This document shows, one piece after another, positions 41,441 through 51,941 of a stretch of DNA of 64,000 nucleotides; position 1 is the stretch's first letter; each line of letters opens with the position of its first letter. Below the pieces are notes generated by a model. The model did no database searches. It was not told the DNA's origin and saw only the letters and a program-made list of their open reading frames with translations. This stretch comes from an uncultured Verrucomicrobiae bacterium (GTDB taxonomy: Bacteria > Verrucomicrobiota > Verrucomicrobiia > Chthoniobacterales > UBA10450). The stretch lies in NCBI GenBank assembly GCA_963726745.1, contig CAVSDR010000006.1, positions 416,001 to 480,000 of the forward strand, written 5' to 3'. The translations under genes and the position numbers were made by a program.

Positions 41441-43034
41441 ATGGCTGCCCCGAACAGCGAGAGAGTGAGCGCCCGGGCCACCGGCGTGGTCGGCGTGGCC
41501 ATTCTCTGCAGCCGCGTGCTCGGATTAGTGCGCGAGATGGTGATCGCATCGCTCTTCGGCGCGAGCCGGAATCTCGATGCTTTCCTGACCGCCTTCCGCG
41601 CGCCGAACATGCTGCGCGATCTCTTTGCCGAAGGCGCGCTTTCGACCGCTTTCGTGACCACCTTCTCGAAGCGGATCGCGACTGAAGGCGACCAATCCGC
41701 CTGGGGCCTGGCGAACAAAGTGGCCACGCTCACCGCCGTTTTCATGAGCGCCACCGTGCTCGTGGGCGTGCTCACGGCGCACTGGCTCGTGGCCATTCTC
41801 GCGCCGGGGTTCGATCCCGAAAAGGCCGCGCTCACGGTCACGCTCACGCAGGTGATGTATCCCTTCATCCTGCTCGTTTCGCTGGCCGCGCTGGCCATGG
41901 GAATGCTGAACGCGAAGCACGTCTTCGGCATGCCGGCGATGGCCTCGAGCTTCTTCAATCTCGGCTCGATCATCGGCGGCGTGGCCATCGGCTATTGGAT
42001 CGATCCGCGCTTCGGCACGCGCGCGCTCGATCGGCCTCGCGATCGGCACGCTTATCGGCGGCTTGCTTCAGTTCCTCGTGCAGATTCCTTCGTTAGTCCG
42101 GGTCGGCTTTCAGTTTCGACCGGACTTCCAATGGCGCGACGAGGGGGTGAAGAAAGTCCTGCAGCTCATGGGCCCGGCGGTGATCGCGGCGAGCGCGGTC
42201 CAGGTGAATGTGCTGATCAACAGCGTCTTCGCCTCCTACTTGCAGGACGGCGCCGTTAGCTGGCTGAACATCGCTTTTCGCCTGATGCAATTGCCGCTCG
42301 GCATCTTCGGTGTGGCTGTGGCCACCGTCGCGCTCCCGCTGGTTTCGCGGAGCGCCGCACGCGGCGACATGGTCGCGTTTCGCAGCGGGCTCGCGCATGC
42401 GTTGCGGCTGGTGATGTTGCTGACTATTCCTTCCGCCATCGGGCTGGTTATTTTGGCGAAGCCGATCATCGCCCTGATCTACGAGCACGGGCGCTTCAGC
42501 GCGTTTGCCACCGAGCAGACCTCCGGCGCGCTCCAGTTCTACGCCATTGGTCTCGTCGGCTACGCCTCGGTCAAAGTGCTCGCGCCCGCTTTCTACGCGC
42601 TCGACCGCCGGAACCTGCCGATGCTCGTAAGCATCCTTTCGATCGGCCTGAACCTGTTCTTCAACTGGCTGCTAACCTTCCGTCTCGGCTTCGGGCATCG
42701 CGGCCTCGCGCTTTCCACCAGCATCATCGCGCTGATTAATTTCTCCCTGCTTTACCTGATGATGCGGCGCTATGCGGGCGCGCTCGAGTCTGGCGCGATG
42801 CTGCGCACCTTCGCGAAGCTGCTCGTCGCCGGCGCCTGCCTGGCCGCGGTCTGCTTCCTCGGGACACACCTTTTCTTCTCCGGCACGGCCAAGCTCACGC
42901 TCGGCCGGGAGTTGCTCAGCGTGGGCGTAACCGTGATCACCGCCGGCGTGGTTTTCTTCGTCACCGCCTACGCGCTCCGCGTCGCGGAATTGCAGGACCT
43001 GGTGCAATTGATCGCACGGAAACTGAAGCGCTAA
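41441..43034 (+). CDS. murJ: Lipid II flippase MurJ (frameshift near 42029)
   Basis: SRVLGLVRE, AFRAPNMLRDLFAEGALSTAF, RLMQLPLG. Confidence 0.92.
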
Positions 43035-43043
43035 GGAGCGGTC

Positions 43044-44159
43044 TCAGCCCAACGCCTGCGCCAGGTCTTCGATCAAATCATCGGGATGCTCCAGACCGAT
43101 CGAGACCCGGAGCAAGCCCTGCGGCGTGAGCGGACTCTCGCCGGCGATCGAGGCGCGATGCTCGACCAGGCTCTCGACCCCGCCGAGGCTGGTCGCGCGC
43201 ACGAAGAGCCGCAGCTTCCCCGCCGCCGCCATCGCTGCCTCCGCTCCACCGCGGACGACGAAGGAAAGCATCCCGCCGCCCGCGCTCATCTGCCGCGTCG
43301 CGATTTCGTGCCCGCGATGACTCGTTAGGCTGGGATAATTGACCCGCTCCACCTGCGGATGCGTCGCGAGAAATTCCGCCACCTGCCGGGCATTCTCGCA
43401 ATGCCCGCGCATCCGCCACGGGAGCGTGCGCAGGCCGCGCAAGAGCAGCCAGCAATCGAACGGCGCCGGCACCCCACCGACAAGCGCCTGATTCTGCCGC
43501 ACCCGTTCGAAGAATTCCCCGCTTTCTCGCGCGACCACCATCCCGCCCATGACGTCGCTATGGCCGCCGAGATATTTCGTGGTCGAATGCACCACCAGAT
43601 CGCAACCGAGCGCCAGTGGCCGTTGCACGATCGGCGCCCAGGTATTGTCGCAGGCGCAGAGCGCGCCGGCCTCGTGCGCAAGCGCGGCGACCGCGGCCAG
43701 GTCGGTGATTTTCAGCTGCGGATTGGACGGCGATTCGGTCCAGACAAGGCGCGTCTTGCTGGTTAATTTCGCGCGCACCGCCGCGAGGTCGCTCAGGTCC
43801 ACAAAGTCGACTGCGAGGCCCCACGGAATAAGCACCTCGCGCAGGAGCTTGGTCGCGCCGTGATACATCTCGTCCGGCGCGATCACATGGTCGCCCGGGC
43901 GCAGTGCCTGGAAGACTGCCGCCGTCGCCGCCAGGCCCGAAGCGAAAGCCGCCGCGACCGCGCCGCCCTCGATCTGCGCCATCGCTTCCTCGAGCGCGCG
44001 GCGGTTGGGATTATCGCTCCGTGCGTAGACGTAGCCACTGGGATAACTCCCATCGACCGCGCGCTCGAAGGTGGTGGAAAGCTGGATCGGCGCGGCCACG
44101 GCGCCGGTCGCGGCATCCACTTCGTGTCCGGCGTGCACCGCCAAAGTCTCAATGCGCAT
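43044..44159 (-). CDS. Cystathionine gamma-synthase/lyase family PLP enzyme
   Basis: YARSDNP, ESPSNP, HSTTKYLGGHSD, SLGGVESL. Confidence 0.92.
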   Translation of the reverse strand: MRIETLAVHAGHEVDAATGAVAAPIQLSTTFERAVDGSYPSGYVYARSDNPNRRALEEAMAQIEGGAVAAAFASGLAATAAVFQALRPGDHVIAPDEMYHGATKLLREVLIPWGLAVDFVDLSDLAAVRAKLTSKTRLVWTESPSNPQLKITDLAAVAALAHEAGALCACDNTWAPIVQRPLALGCDLVVHSTTKYLGGHSDVMGGMVVARESGEFFERVRQNQALVGGVPAPFDCWLLLRGLRTLPWRMRGHCENARQVAEFLATHPQVERVNYPSLTSHRGHEIATRQMSAGGGMLSFVVRGGAEAAMAAAGKLRLFVRATSLGGVESLVEHRASIAGESPLTPQGLLRVSIGLEHPDDLIEDLAQALG

Positions 44160-44246
44160 GGTGGCGTGGATGTTTGGCCGCAAAGGCCGCAAGCTCAATC
44201 GAAAAACCGCCCGCCCTTCGCTTCCTCCGCAAAAACCGAAATCAAT

Positions 44247-44275
44247 TTGACGGTTCGGGAAGCTCAGGCGCTAAT
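44247..44275 (+). promoter_or_regulatory. Putative sigma70 promoter for gdhA
   Basis: TTGACG-N17-GCTAAT about 50 nt upstream of the ATG. Confidence 0.35.
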
Positions 44276-44326
44276 ACCACACTGGTTAGCCGGCAGGATT
44301 CTCCCCGCGCCGCCACGCTTTCTCCT

Positions 44327-45589
44327 ATGACAATCTACCACGACGAAGTGTTTCAGATGGCCTGCGATCAATTTCAGGTGATCGCCGATTACCTCAACAT
44401 CGACCGGAACGATCGCGACCGGCTGATGTATCCGAAGCGCTCGGTCGCGGTCACCCTCCCGGTGCACATGGACGACGGGAGCACGCAGACCTTCCAGGGC
44501 TACCGCGTGCAGCATCACCTCACGCTCGGCCCGACCAAGGGCGGCACGCGTTTCGCGCCCAATCTCTCGATGGGCGAAACCGCTGCGCTCGCCATGTGGA
44601 TGAGCTGGAAGTGCGCCCTCGCGAATCTCCCTTACGGCGGCGCTAAAGGCGGCATCGCTTGCGACCCGACGAAACTTTCCCGCACCGAACTCGAAGCCGT
44701 CTCCCGCCGTTACATGCAGGAGATGATCCCGTTTGTCGGGCCGCACACCGACATCATGGGCCCGGACATGGGCACGAACGAGCAGGTCATGTCCTGGTTC
44801 ATGGACACCTACTCGGTCTACCAGGGCTACGCCGTGAGCGAGATCGTCACCGGCAAGCCGGTCTCGATCGGCGGCACCGAAGGCCGGCGCGAAGCCACCG
44901 GGCGTGGCGTCGTCTATTTAATCAATCGCGCGATGGACCTGCTGAAGATGGAGCCGGAAAATTCCACCGCGATCATCCAGGGCTTCGGCAATGTCGGCAG
45001 CGTGGCCGCGCTCGAGCTGGCGATGAAAACAGGCGTCAAGATCATCGGCATCAGCGACGCCACCGTCGCGCTCTACAACCCCAAGGGCATCGATGTGCGC
45101 GCCGCCGAGCAGCACGTGATGAAGAAGGGCAACCTCCGCGCCTTCAACGAAGGCGACCGGATCGACCCAGCCGAGATGCTCATCCAGAAATGCGACATCC
45201 TCGTCCCTTCCGCGGTCGACCGCGTGATCCACGAGAAGAACGCCGGCCAGCTCCAGTGCCGCATTCTCGCCGAGGGCGCGAATGGTCCCACCACCCCGGA
45301 AGCCGATCTCATCCTGAACGAGAAATGGGACGAAGTTTTCGTCATCCCGGACATTCTCTGCAACGCCGGCGGCGTGATCGTGTCCTACTTCGAATGGGTC
45401 CAGGGCCTGCAGTCGTTCCTTTGGACCGAGAGCGAAGTAACCGACAAGCTCTTCCGCATTCTCGAGCATTCCTTCACCCAGGTGATCCGGCGCGCGAAAC
45501 AGGACAAGGTCTCGCATCGCACCGCGGCCATGGCCATCGGCGTCGAGCGGGTGATGAAGGCGAAGCACGCGCGCGGCCTCTTCCCTTAA
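44327..45589 (+). CDS. gdhA: Glu/Leu/Phe/Val dehydrogenase (glutamate dehydrogenase)
   Basis: GPTKGG, GGAKGG, QGFGNVG, EGANGPTT, NAGGVIVSYFEW. Confidence 0.92.
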   Translation: MTIYHDEVFQMACDQFQVIADYLNIDRNDRDRLMYPKRSVAVTLPVHMDDGSTQTFQGYRVQHHLTLGPTKGGTRFAPNLSMGETAALAMWMSWKCALANLPYGGAKGGIACDPTKLSRTELEAVSRRYMQEMIPFVGPHTDIMGPDMGTNEQVMSWFMDTYSVYQGYAVSEIVTGKPVSIGGTEGRREATGRGVVYLINRAMDLLKMEPENSTAIIQGFGNVGSVAALELAMKTGVKIIGISDATVALYNPKGIDVRAAEQHVMKKGNLRAFNEGDRIDPAEMLIQKCDILVPSAVDRVIHEKNAGQLQCRILAEGANGPTTPEADLILNEKWDEVFVIPDILCNAGGVIVSYFEWVQGLQSFLWTESEVTDKLFRILEHSFTQVIRRAKQDKVSHRTAAMAIGVERVMKAKHARGLFP

Positions 45590-45595
45590 GCCGCG

Positions 45596-46528
45596 ATGAG
45601 CTTTTCGCATCGCGAGGAAAAGCGCGGCGATCGGCTCCTCGATGTTTTAACCGACGAGATCGCCGGCCTGCGGATCACGGTTTCGCGCCTCGGCGCGGAA
45701 CTGGTCAGCCTCGCGCGGCGCGACGCGGCGGGCGCATGGATTGGCTTCCTCCATCGCGACGATGACCTCGGCGCGCCGGCCCAGGGCTGGGCGAATCACG
45801 CCACCGTCATGGGCTACTTCCTCCATCGGTTGAAGGATGGCCGCAGCGTCTACCGCGGCGAGCCGATCGAAGGCGGCACGCACAGCTTCCTCCGCACCAA
45901 GGTCTGGCACCTCGCCGAACAAAATGCTGGCAAATTAACCTACCGGATCACGCCGGCGGATTACACCGCCACGGAGTATCCGCGAAAAGTCTCGCTGGAC
46001 CTGACCTACGCGCTCGAGGACGGCGCCGTCCGCACCAGCTTCCATTTCACCAATCACGAACCCGATCGCCCGGCGCACGTCGGGTTCGGACTGCATCCGG
46101 GCTTCGCGATCACGGAAGGCGGCAACTTCACCTTCCGGATGCCGCCCGGTCTTTACCGTCGGCATTTCTCGCCCACGAATTACCTTTCCGGCGAAACCGA
46201 AGACGTGCAGCACGCCGGCGGCGACATGCCCTTCGAGAAAACCAAGCTGGTCGGCTCTTACATCCTCGAGTTGGTGGATGTCCCGCAGCGCGACTTCGCC
46301 TTCGCCGATGGCGCCAGTGGCCGGCGGGTGGATTTCGACCTTCGCGAAGTGCCCTACCTGACCCTCTGGGCGGATAGCGCGGCCTTTCTTTGTGTCGAAC
46401 CCTGCTGGGGCCTGACCGATCACGACGCCCAGCGCACCTTCGAGCAGAAGGAAGGCATTCAGCTCATCCCCGCAGGCGGCAGCCTAACGAGAAGTTTCCG
46501 CATGACCCCGCAGCTCGCCTTCGCATGA
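45596..46528 (+). CDS. Aldose 1-epimerase family protein
   Basis: HSFLR, GLHPGF, FLCVEPCWG. Confidence 0.8.
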   Translation: MSFSHREEKRGDRLLDVLTDEIAGLRITVSRLGAELVSLARRDAAGAWIGFLHRDDDLGAPAQGWANHATVMGYFLHRLKDGRSVYRGEPIEGGTHSFLRTKVWHLAEQNAGKLTYRITPADYTATEYPRKVSLDLTYALEDGAVRTSFHFTNHEPDRPAHVGFGLHPGFAITEGGNFTFRMPPGLYRRHFSPTNYLSGETEDVQHAGGDMPFEKTKLVGSYILELVDVPQRDFAFADGASGRRVDFDLREVPYLTLWADSAAFLCVEPCWGLTDHDAQRTFEQKEGIQLIPAGGSLTRSFRMTPQLAFA

Positions 46529-47445
46529 AAAGGCCGGCTCTTTCCCTGCGCGCGCTCCTCGAGGGGGCGGTTGATTACGCCGGGCTCTTCCCGCCGGCCA
46601 GCCTCACGCTCGAGCCCGCGCTGCGGAATCACGCGGAGTATGTCCGCTCACCCGAGGCCTGGATGCTCGGCGCGTTCATCCTCCCAGTGGGCAAATTCGA
46701 GGAAGCTTCCGCGTTGCTCGGGCCCTTCGATGTCGAGCATCGCCTGCGCGTTTCCGCGCTTGGGCCGGCGACCGAGAATGCCAACGCCTTCATCGAAACT
46801 CTCGGCGCGCTGAATCAAACGATCGAAGGGTTCAACACCCGGCACGGCGCCACCGCCGCGGTCGTGCAGCTCGAGATGCCGCTTCCGGCGACCGACGGCG
46901 CCTCGCTCGCGGAGACGAACCGCGCGCTTTCCGGCCTGGAATTGCCGACCTACTGGGAACGCGCCGCCGACGAGGCCGAGCGCACCGTCGGCTTCATCGC
47001 GGAACGTCACACCACGGGCGCCGCGCGTTACGGCTTCAAGCTCCGCACCGGCGGCGTGGTTGCTTCCGCTTTCCCCTCCTCCATGCAGATCGCGCGTGCC
47101 CTCACCGCCGCGGCTCACCTGCGCGTGCCGATCAAGTTCACCGCCGGGCTGCATCATCCGGTGCGAAAATTTCACGAGAGCGTGCAGACAAAAATGCACG
47201 GCTTTCTCAACGTCTTCGGCGCCGGCGTGCTCGCGACGGAGCACCAATGGGACATCGTCCAGACCGCCGCGATGCTCGACGAGGAAGACCCGGCCTGCTT
47301 CCGCTTCACCGACGACACCTTCACCTGGCGCGACTGGACAATCAGCACTGAGCGCATCCAGCGCGCGCGCCGCTTTATCACCTCCTTCGGCAGTTGCTCC
47401 TTTGACGAACCGCGCGAAGACCTCCGGGCCCTCGATCTCCTCTAA
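46525..47445 (+). CDS. Conserved hypothetical protein, fumarylacetoacetase-associated
   Basis: VDYAGLFPP, FKLRTGG, KFTAGLHHP, HGFLN, SFGSCSFDEP. Confidence 0.8.
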   Translation: MKRPALSLRALLEGAVDYAGLFPPASLTLEPALRNHAEYVRSPEAWMLGAFILPVGKFEEASALLGPFDVEHRLRVSALGPATENANAFIETLGALNQTIEGFNTRHGATAAVVQLEMPLPATDGASLAETNRALSGLELPTYWERAADEAERTVGFIAERHTTGAARYGFKLRTGGVVASAFPSSMQIARALTAAAHLRVPIKFTAGLHHPVRKFHESVQTKMHGFLNVFGAGVLATEHQWDIVQTAAMLDEEDPACFRFTDDTFTWRDWTISTERIQRARRFITSFGSCSFDEPREDLRALDLL

Positions 47446-47451
47446 AACACC

Positions 47452-48696
47452 ATGCCGCTCCGTTCCTTCATTGATGTCGCACCTGATTCGCATTTCCCGC
47501 TGGAGAACCTGCCCTACGGCGTTTTTCGCCCGCAAGCCGGCGGCGAGCCGCGTGTGGGCGTGGCCTTGGGCGACCAGGTGGTCGACCTCGCGGCCCTGGA
47601 AGAGGCTGGCTATTTAGACAGCAAGATCTTCGCGCAGCCTTCGCTCAACGCCTTCCTCTCGTTAGGCCGCGCGGCCTGGCGGAAGACCCGCGCGACCCTG
47701 CAGCACTTGCTGGCGGCGGACACCGCCGAGCTGCGGGACCACGCGGAGCTGCGCCGCCGCGCCTTCCATCGCCAAAGCGAGGTGACCATGCTCCTGCCGG
47801 CGCGGATCGGCGATTACACCGACTTCTATTCCTCCTATCACCACGCGCACAACGTCGGCACGATGCTCCGCGGCGCGGACAACGCACTCATGCCAAACTG
47901 GAAATCGCTCCCCGTGGCCTACCACGGTCGCGCCAGCTCGGTCGTGCTCAGCGGCACCGACCTGCGCCGCCCGCGCGGCCAGATCAAGCCGCCGGACGCC
48001 GAGGCGCCGATCTTTTCCGCGAGCCGCGCGATGGATTTCGAGCTCGAGACCGCTTTCCTCATCGGGCCCGGCAATTCGTTAGGCGAGCCGATCCCAGTGG
48101 CCCAGGCCGAGGAGCACATCTTCGGGCTGGTGCTGATGAACGACTGGAGCGCGCGCGACATCCAGACGTGGGAATACCAGCCGCTCGGGCCGTTCCTTGC
48201 GAAAAACTTCGGCACCAGCATCTCTCCCTGGGTGGTCACGCTCGAGGCGCTGGCGCCATTCCGCCGCCCCTTGCCGAAACAGGAACCGGCACCGCTCGAT
48301 TACCTGCGCGCGCCGCAGGACGGGACTTTTGACATCGAGTTGCTGGCGCAATTGCAGACGCCGGGAATGTCCGCGCCGCACACGATCACGCGGACCAATT
48401 TCAACAACCTTTATTGGAGCCTGGCGCAGCAACTGGCGCATCACACGGTCAACGGCTGCAACCTCCAGCCGGGCGACTTGTTGGCCAGCGGAACGATCAG
48501 CGGCCCAACGGAAGATTCCCGCGGGTGCATGCTCGAGCTGACCTGGCGCGGGGCAAATCCGCTCCAGCTTCCCGGCGGCGAAACCCGGAAATGGCTCGAG
48601 GATGGCGACCGGCTGACGATCACCGGCTGGGCGCAGGGGGCAGGCTACCGGGTCGGCTTCGGCGAGGTCACGGGCAAGGTCCTGCCGGCGGTCTAA
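47452..48696 (+). CDS. fahA: Fumarylacetoacetase
   Basis: [42 protein letters not shown]. Confidence 0.96.
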   Translation: MPLRSFIDVAPDSHFPLENLPYGVFRPQAGGEPRVGVALGDQVVDLAALEEAGYLDSKIFAQPSLNAFLSLGRAAWRKTRATLQHLLAADTAELRDHAELRRRAFHRQSEVTMLLPARIGDYTDFYSSYHHAHNVGTMLRGADNALMPNWKSLPVAYHGRASSVVLSGTDLRRPRGQIKPPDAEAPIFSASRAMDFELETAFLIGPGNSLGEPIPVAQAEEHIFGLVLMNDWSARDIQTWEYQPLGPFLAKNFGTSISPWVVTLEALAPFRRPLPKQEPAPLDYLRAPQDGTFDIELLAQLQTPGMSAPHTITRTNFNNLYWSLAQQLAHHTVNGCNLQPGDLLASGTISGPTEDSRGCMLELTWRGANPLQLPGGETRKWLEDGDRLTITGWAQGAGYRVGFGEVTGKVLPAV

Positions 48697-48708
48697 CGAG
48701 ACCTCGCG

Positions 48709-49017
48709 ATGCATCTGGTCCAGCTGCTCCTGCCGATCCACGACAACCAGCGCCAGCCCTTCCCCGGCGAGGTCTACCTGCAGGTGCGGCAGGAATTAAC
48801 CGACCAATTCGGCGGCCTGACGATCTACACCCGCGCGCCCGCCGAGGGCCTCTGGCGTGGCAACGGCAACGGCACGAGCAAGGACGACATCGTCATCTTC
48901 GAGGTCATGACCGAGACGCTCGATCGCCCTTGGTGGAGCGCTTACCGGCGCGATCTCGAGAGTCGGTTCCGGCAGGACGTGATCGTGATCCGCGCGCAGG
49001 CCACGCAGTTGCTCTGA
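48709..49017 (+). CDS. Small hypothetical protein
   Basis: 102-aa ORF with core codon usage (QLLLP..FGGLT..GLW). Confidence 0.7.
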   Translation: MHLVQLLLPIHDNQRQPFPGEVYLQVRQELTDQFGGLTIYTRAPAEGLWRGNGNGTSKDDIVIFEVMTETLDRPWWSAYRRDLESRFRQDVIVIRAQATQLL

Positions 49018-49025
49018 CTCGCGTC

Positions 49026-49457
49026 TTACGGCGCCTTCGCTTCGCGCAGCGGCCGAGAGAGGTCGCCCTTCACGCGATCGAGGATGCCATTCACAAAGCG
49101 TCCGCTGTCCGGGCCACCATACATCTTGGCCAGCTCGATCGCCTCGTTGATCGAGACCACCGGCGGGATGTCGTCGCGATGGAGCATCTCGTAGATCGCG
49201 AGCCGGAGGACGTTCCGATCGACCGGGGAGATCCGGCGGAAATCGTAGTTTTCGCAGTAGCGCGTGATCCGCTCGTCGATCTCCGGCAGGTGCGCCACCA
49301 TCCCGTCGATCAACGGTTGCGCGAACTCGCGCACGCCGCTCTTCGCCGGGCAAAATTCCCAGAACTCCTCCATCTTCTCCGGCGCCTCGCCCCCCTGGAG
49401 ATCGCGCCAGAAATGGAACTGGACCGCGGCCTGCCGCGCATTGCGTCGCTTGCCCAT
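49026..49457 (-). CDS. nusB: Transcription antitermination factor NusB
   Basis: RRNAR, DRNVLRLAIYEM, INEAIELAK, FVNGILD. Confidence 0.95.
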   Translation of the reverse strand: MGKRRNARQAAVQFHFWRDLQGGEAPEKMEEFWEFCPAKSGVREFAQPLIDGMVAHLPEIDERITRYCENYDFRRISPVDRNVLRLAIYEMLHRDDIPPVVSINEAIELAKMYGGPDSGRFVNGILDRVKGDLSRPLREAKAP

Positions 49458-49458
49458 G

Positions 49459-49944
49459 CTACTTTTTCGCGCGCAACTCCGAGAGCACGCCGACGATTTG
49501 CACCGCCGCGCGGGCCGCTTCCGTGCCGCGATTGATTTTCTCCTCCAGGCAGCGTTCCCGCGCCTGCGACTCGTCGTCTAAACTCAGGACCGCGTGGATC
49601 ACCGGCACGCCAAAGTCGATCGCGATCTGCTGCAAAGCCTGCGTCACCGACGTGGCCAAATGGTCCGCGTGCGAAGTGCTCCCCTTCAAGATCACGCCCA
49701 TCGCGAGGACCGCATCGGCGCGTTCGCTCTTGGCCAGCTCGCGCACGACCACCGGGATCTCAAACGCTCCGGGGACCTGGTGCAGCGCGATCGACGCATG
49801 CGGCGCGATCTCGCGCAATTCCTCGGCGGCGTGATTGACCAAACCCTGGACATAGCGCGCATTAAATTGGCTCGCGACAATCGCAAAGCTAAAGCTCCGC
49901 TTCGACGGGACGAGACGGGGGCGCGGTTGAAGAGCGAGCGACAT
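49459..49944 (-). CDS. ribH: 6,7-dimethyl-8-ribityllumazine synthase
   Basis: VPGAFEIP, GVILKG.T.H; rib-nusB context. Confidence 0.93.
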   Translation of the reverse strand: MSLALQPRPRLVPSKRSFSFAIVASQFNARYVQGLVNHAAEELREIAPHASIALHQVPGAFEIPVVVRELAKSERADAVLAMGVILKGSTSHADHLATSVTQALQQIAIDFGVPVIHAVLSLDDESQARERCLEEKINRGTEAARAAVQIVGVLSELRAKK

Positions 49945-49958
49945 GGGCGAACCGCAGC

Positions 49959-51179
49959 CTACAGCAAATGCCCCATCTTCGCTTTCTTCGTCGCGAGATA
50001 TTTGGCGTTGTGCGGATTGGCCTCGCTGCGAATCGGGAGCTGCTCGACCATCTCCAGGCCGTAGCCCTCGAGGCCGACGACTTTCTTGGGATTGTTCGTC
50101 AGGAAACGAAACTTGCGCACGCCGAGGTCGCAGAGAATTTGCGCGCCCAGGCCGTAATCGCGCAGGTCGGTGCCGAAGCCGAGACGCTCGTTTGCTTCCA
50201 CCGTGTCGAGCCCTTCCTCCTGCAGCTTGTAGGCGTGAATCTTCGCCGCCAGGCCGATGCCGCGGCCTTCCTGCTTGCGCATGTAAACCAGCACGCCATT
50301 GCCGGCCTCAGAGATTTGCTTGAGCGCGGCGTGCAGTTGATTCCCGCAATCGCAGCGGCGCGAACCGAAGACGTCGCCTGTGAGACATTCGCTATGCACT
50401 CGGACGAGCACCGGCTCGTCGCTCGAGATTTTCCCCTTCACCAGCGCAAGGTGATGCGCGCCGTCGAGCTTCGAATGGTAAAGGTGCAGCTCAAAGTCGC
50501 CGTAATCGGTCGGCATGTTCACCACCTGCTCGCACTCGATCAATTTCTCGCTCCGCCGGCGGTAGGCGATCAGGCTCTGGATTGTGCAGATGCGCAGGCC
50601 GTGCTTCTTGCGGAACTCCATCAGCTCCGGGAGCCGCGCCATCGTCCCGTCATCGTGCAGGATCTCGCAGATCACGCCGGCTGGTTGCAAACCAGCGAGC
50701 CGCGCGAGGTCGACCGCCGCTTCCGTGTGACCCGCGCGCTGAAGCACCCCGCCCTCGCGCGCGCGCAGCGGGAAAATGTGGCCGGGTTGCACCAGGTCCT
50801 GCGGCTTCGAAAGCGGGTCGGCGATCGTCGCGATCGTGGCCGCGCGATCGTGCGCGCTGATGCCCGTGGTCACGCCGCGCGCTGCATCCACCGAGACCGT
50901 GAAATCCGTCCGATACATCTCGCGGTTCTGCGCCACCATTCGCTGCAGGCCGAGCTGCTCCGCGCGCTCATTCGAAACCGGCGCGCAGATCAAGCCCCGC
51001 CCGTGCTTGGCCATGAAATTGATTGCCTCCGGCGTGGTCTTCTCCGCCGCCATCACCAGGTCGCCTTCGTTCTCGCGGTCGGCATCGTCGGTCACGATCA
51101 CGATTTTGCCCTCGGCAAGGTCGCGCAGGACGTCCTCGATCGCGTCGAATTGCAAGGCAGGTGGTGCTTCGGCGAGCAT
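49959..51179 (-). CDS. ribBA: Bifunctional DHBP synthase / GTP cyclohydrolase II
   Basis: [42 protein letters not shown]. Confidence 0.96.
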   Translation of the reverse strand: MLAEAPPALQFDAIEDVLRDLAEGKIVIVTDDADRENEGDLVMAAEKTTPEAINFMAKHGRGLICAPVSNERAEQLGLQRMVAQNREMYRTDFTVSVDAARGVTTGISAHDRAATIATIADPLSKPQDLVQPGHIFPLRAREGGVLQRAGHTEAAVDLARLAGLQPAGVICEILHDDGTMARLPELMEFRKKHGLRICTIQSLIAYRRRSEKLIECEQVVNMPTDYGDFELHLYHSKLDGAHHLALVKGKISSDEPVLVRVHSECLTGDVFGSRRCDCGNQLHAALKQISEAGNGVLVYMRKQEGRGIGLAAKIHAYKLQEEGLDTVEANERLGFGTDLRDYGLGAQILCDLGVRKFRFLTNNPKKVVGLEGYGLEMVEQLPIRSEANPHNAKYLATKKAKMGHLL

Positions 51180-51223
51180 GGGAATCAATACGTCCCCCGG
51201 ACGTCCCCGGCAACCATCGGCCG

Positions 51224-51937
51224 TCAGCGCGCGCTCGAGCCGACAATTGCCTCCGGCCGGTAAAGGTCGCGATTGCTCCCCTGGAACTCCGCCTTCAAGC
51301 GCACCCGGAAGTGTGACAGGTCGACCAGGTCCCAGCGGGTGAAATCCCAATGCCCGGCGGTGCGCGCAGTGTGCTCGATGCCCACCAGCAGGTGCACCGC
51401 GTCGTCGCGCACCTTGTTTGTCGCCACCTTGGGCTCAAAATAAAACGTCCGGAAACTGCTCGCCCGGCTGCCCGCGGCGTAGAGTTTCGGGTCGAGATAA
51501 TACACGCGCCCACTCGCTTGCTCGACGATCCGCAAGTCGGGATAACCGGAGCGCTGCACCTTTTCCTCTGCGGTCTTCGGGAAGCCGCAGCGCAGGCCGG
51601 GCGCAGCATTCAAAAGCTCGCAGATCGTGTTTTCAAAGACGCTGCTGACTTCGTTGATCCGCGAAAAGCTTTGCACGGGCGCATTCGGGGCGCTCAGGCG
51701 GCGGAGCGTCTCGTCCAAGGCGCTGCCTATTTCCTCCAGGACTTTGCGGTCGACTTCGTTTTGTGGATCGATCGCGATGATCCGCTTCCCGGTGGCGGCC
51801 GCGATCACCTCGCTGAAAGGTAATTCCTTCAGCTCCTCCTTCTCCTGCAGGAGCCACGGAATAAGCGAAGCCGCAGGCGACTCCGCGCGCATCTCGGCTC
51901 CGCCCAGGAGCAGCAGGATCAAGAGCGCGGGCCGCAT
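51224..51937 (-). CDS. Hypothetical exported protein with PD-(D/E)XK nuclease-like motifs
   Basis: N-terminal signal-like [34 protein letters not shown]. Confidence 0.6.
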   Translation of the reverse strand: MRPALLILLLLGGAEMRAESPAASLIPWLLQEKEELKELPFSEVIAAATGKRIIAIDPQNEVDRKVLEEIGSALDETLRRLSAPNAPVQSFSRINEVSSVFENTICELLNAAPGLRCGFPKTAEEKVQRSGYPDLRIVEQASGRVYYLDPKLYAAGSRASSFRTFYFEPKVATNKVRDDAVHLLVGIEHTARTAGHWDFTRWDLVDLSHFRVRLKAEFQGSNRDLYRPEAIVGSSAR

Positions 51938-51941
51938 CGTT

